The notes below the pieces were generated by a model. That model was given only the letters and a program-made list of their open reading frames with translations, was not told the origin of the DNA and did not search any database. Made by a program: the position numbers and the translations under genes. Below, in pieces: positions 17,258 through 19,219 of a stretch of 19,219 nucleotides of DNA (position 1 is the stretch's first letter; each line of letters opens with the position of its first letter). Location: assembly GCA_038128265.1 (NCBI GenBank), contig JAYPJE010000069.1, forward strand, positions 1 through 19,219, written 5' to 3'. Origin of the DNA: Gemmatimonadota bacterium (lineage in GTDB: Bacteria; Latescibacterota; UBA2968; UBA8231).

Positions 17258-18768
17258 GCTCGTCGCCGGAACATCGTCCCAATATCGTTCTGATCATGAC
17301 CGATCAGCAGCGGTTCGATACCATCGGTGCCTGGGGCTACGATCATATGGTTACCCCAGCGATGGATCGCCTGGCCGCTGAGGGCCTTTCCTTTCGCAAC
17401 GCCTTCTGTCCGGGGGCAACCTGTGTAGCCTCGCGTGCGGCGACGTTTACGGGTATGTATCCGCACAACACGGGCGCCTACTCGTTTGATCAATGGGGTG
17501 GTCATCGGAACTGGGTGCAGGATCTCAATGAGGGAGGGTATCACTGCGTCAATATCGGCAAGATGCACTTTGCGCCGCGCGACGTGGCGGGCGGGTTTCA
17601 CGAGCGCGTCATTGTGGAAAACCCGACGAATAAGACCCTCGACAACGGCGGGGCCGACGACGATTGGGGGCGCTTTATGCGCATTCACGGCGTGCAGCGT
17701 CCCAACGACCGCAACAAGACCGACCCCGACTGGCTGTCCAAATACCAGGGCGTGCCGTGGCATTTGGACGAGAAGTTTCACAGCGACGTGTTTATCGGCG
17801 ATTCGGCGCTGGCCTGGATTCGCGACTACCGAGGTACGCAGCCCTTCTTTCTGCAGGTGGGCTTTACCGGTCCGCACGAGCCGTGGGATCCGCTGCAGCG
17901 CCACTTGGCCCTGTACGAGGGGCGCGACCTGCCGCGGCGCGTGATGCGCGAGGGCGAACTGGACGAAAAGCCGCCGCAGCACAAGGCACACCGCGAGATG
18001 CACGCGACGACGGAGCACGAATCCGTTATCGACATGTATTCGCCGACGGAAGAGGACGTCGATCGCATGCGACGTCACTACTACGCCAAGATCACGACGG
18101 TCGACGAAAAGCTGGGACAGGTAGTTGATGCACTGCAGGAAATGGGCTACCTGGAAAACAGCCTGCTCGTATTTTGCTCCGACCACGGCGAACTGCTCGG
18201 CGACCACTGGATGGCCTATAAGTGGCTCATGTACGATCCCATCGTGCACGTGCCGATGATCGTGCGCGACGGTCGGCGCGTGGCCGAGCTAGGCGGTCAG
18301 CACACGGACGATCTGACCTCGCTGATGGACATCGGTCCGACCGTGCTGCAGGCAGCCGGCCTTGAGGTGCCGACCTATTTGGAAGGCCGCTCGCTGCAGC
18401 CGTATTGGGAGGGCAGAGACGAGAGTTTCGCGCCGCGCCAGTGGGTGTTCTGCGAGGACAACTATCAGATCATGATGCGGGGGCAGCGCCATAAGCTCGT
18501 TTACTACATTGGCCAAGAGGCGGGCGAGCTCTACGACCTGCAGGAAGATCCACACGAGCTGCACAACCTGTGGGATCGTCCCGAGTGCGCCGCACTGCGC
18601 GCCGAATTGAAAGATCATCTGCTGTCGTGGTTGGCTACCAGCACGTACTACAATGCCGGCTACAAACGCGCGCGCAGCCGGCACTACAAGATGCGCTGGC
18701 CGCGCGAGGAGGACCCCTACTTACACGGCGGTCAATCGCGTCCGATCGCTCGCTCGGTCGATCTGTAG
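17254..18768 (+). CDS. Formylglycine-dependent (Cys-type) sulfatase-family hydrolase, choline-sulfatase-like, cytoplasmic
   Basis: PNIVLIMTDQQR, CVASRAATFTG, GKMH, PHEPWD, SDHGELLGDH and ELYDLQEDPHE motifs; GTGA overlap with the upstream gene. Confidence 0.93.
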   Translation: MSSSPEHRPNIVLIMTDQQRFDTIGAWGYDHMVTPAMDRLAAEGLSFRNAFCPGATCVASRAATFTGMYPHNTGAYSFDQWGGHRNWVQDLNEGGYHCVNIGKMHFAPRDVAGGFHERVIVENPTNKTLDNGGADDDWGRFMRIHGVQRPNDRNKTDPDWLSKYQGVPWHLDEKFHSDVFIGDSALAWIRDYRGTQPFFLQVGFTGPHEPWDPLQRHLALYEGRDLPRRVMREGELDEKPPQHKAHREMHATTEHESVIDMYSPTEEDVDRMRRHYYAKITTVDEKLGQVVDALQEMGYLENSLLVFCSDHGELLGDHWMAYKWLMYDPIVHVPMIVRDGRRVAELGGQHTDDLTSLMDIGPTVLQAAGLEVPTYLEGRSLQPYWEGRDESFAPRQWVFCEDNYQIMMRGQRHKLVYYIGQEAGELYDLQEDPHELHNLWDRPECAALRAELKDHLLSWLATSTYYNAGYKRARSRHYKMRWPREEDPYLHGGQSRPIARSVDL

Positions 18769-18827
18769 ATAGACGGCGCTTCTGTGCCGGCTTCGTGGGG
18801 GTGAAAGTTTGTGAACCGCGCACCGCC

Positions 18828-18848
18828 TGGAGGTTTTCTCCATTATTA
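18828..18848 (+). terminator. Possible weak intrinsic terminator after the sulfatase
   Basis: TGGAG-GTTTT-CTCCA hairpin followed by TTATTA; the stem is short and the U-tract poor. Confidence 0.2.
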
Positions 18849-18948
18849 GATAATCTGACGAGCTTTTCGCATTCTTCCAGCCGGTTAGAGAGGTATTTTT
18901 TGCACTGACCTCTAACTACCCATGCGGCAGGTTGCGTCCTTTTTGTGC

Positions 18949-18957
18949 TGCTATTAT
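18949..18957 (+). promoter_or_regulatory. Possible extended -10 promoter element for the YHYH gene
   Basis: TGcTATTAT about 65 nt upstream of ATG 19021; no well-spaced -35 box. Confidence 0.3.
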
Positions 18958-19020
18958 TCGATCGGTTCGGTCGCGATCTGCTGCGGGTAATGGTACGTGC
19001 AAATTGGGAGGATGTTTGAT

Positions 19021-19219
19021 ATGAATTTTTCTCTACGAAGCGTTCGGATCCACTTGGGGCTCTTTGCCAGCGCGCTGTTGTTGACGTGTTTTCGCTCCGC
19101 CTGGTCACATAATGGTGCCCTAGACTCTCAGGGAGGGCATGACGACCACAGCGATCGATATGGAGGCTACCACTTCCATGAAGGCCTGTTGGCCGGTCAG
19201 TCTTTCCTGTCTCCCGAAC
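19021..19219 (+). CDS. Secreted YHYH-domain-like His-rich protein; 3' end runs off the window
   Basis: Not in the ORF track; hand translation is MNFSLRSVRIHLGLFASALLLTCFRSAWS-HNGALDSQGGHDDHSDRYGGYHFHEGLLAGQSFLSPE. It has a signal peptide followed by HxGxLDxxGGH...YHFH. GGGAGG lies 9 nt upstream. Confidence 0.8.
   Translation, partial: MNFSLRSVRIHLGLFASALLLTCFRSAWSHNGALDSQGGHDDHSDRYGGYHFHEGLLAGQSFLSPE

Noticed and set aside
17191..18249. 352-aa minus-strand ORF (also 12961-13593, 14243-14953 and similar)
   Set aside because: They lie antisense to well-supported genes. Long shadow ORFs are expected at high GC, and they carry no family motifs.
18635..19108. 157-aa minus-strand ORF
   Set aside because: It overlaps both the sulfatase and the YHYH gene on the opposite strand, and its composition is not protein-like.
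1..19219. CRISPR array, tRNA/rRNA, IS element, prophage or defence system
   Set aside because: I saw no regularly spaced repeats, cloverleaf or rRNA-like sequence, or transposase, integrase or nuclease motifs. Intergenic spaces are short.

Overview
GC-rich bacterial chromosomal window with no mobile element, CRISPR array or structured RNA gene that I can recognise. The long, insertion-bearing SecA suggests an FCB-superphylum organism (inference). A leftward, tightly packed run of ten genes covers 1-12453: SpoIVB-like S55 peptidase, secreted beta-propeller protein, ribD, ribE, ribBA, ribH, nusB, metallophosphoesterase, secA, and a GT2 glycosyltransferase cut by the left edge. It is divergent from ftsY. 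Next come a leftward trio (S10 carboxypeptidase, mandelate-racemase-family enzyme, Rid protein), a rightward cNMP-binding protein coupled to a sulfatase, and the start of a secreted YHYH-type protein cut by the right edge. The most notable observations are these: (1) the RibB half of RibBA has lost its catalytic residues, so the rib cluster lacks an obvious DHBP synthase; (2) the S55 protease appears circularly permuted relative to SpoIVB and is paired with a secreted beta-propeller at the head of the rib/secA run; (3) the metallophosphoesterase in the rib cluster is a candidate for the riboflavin-pathway phosphatase step; (4) a palindrome is centred on the probable -10 box of the S10/enolase/Rid operon. 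All alignments were made by eye against remembered family consensus sequences.
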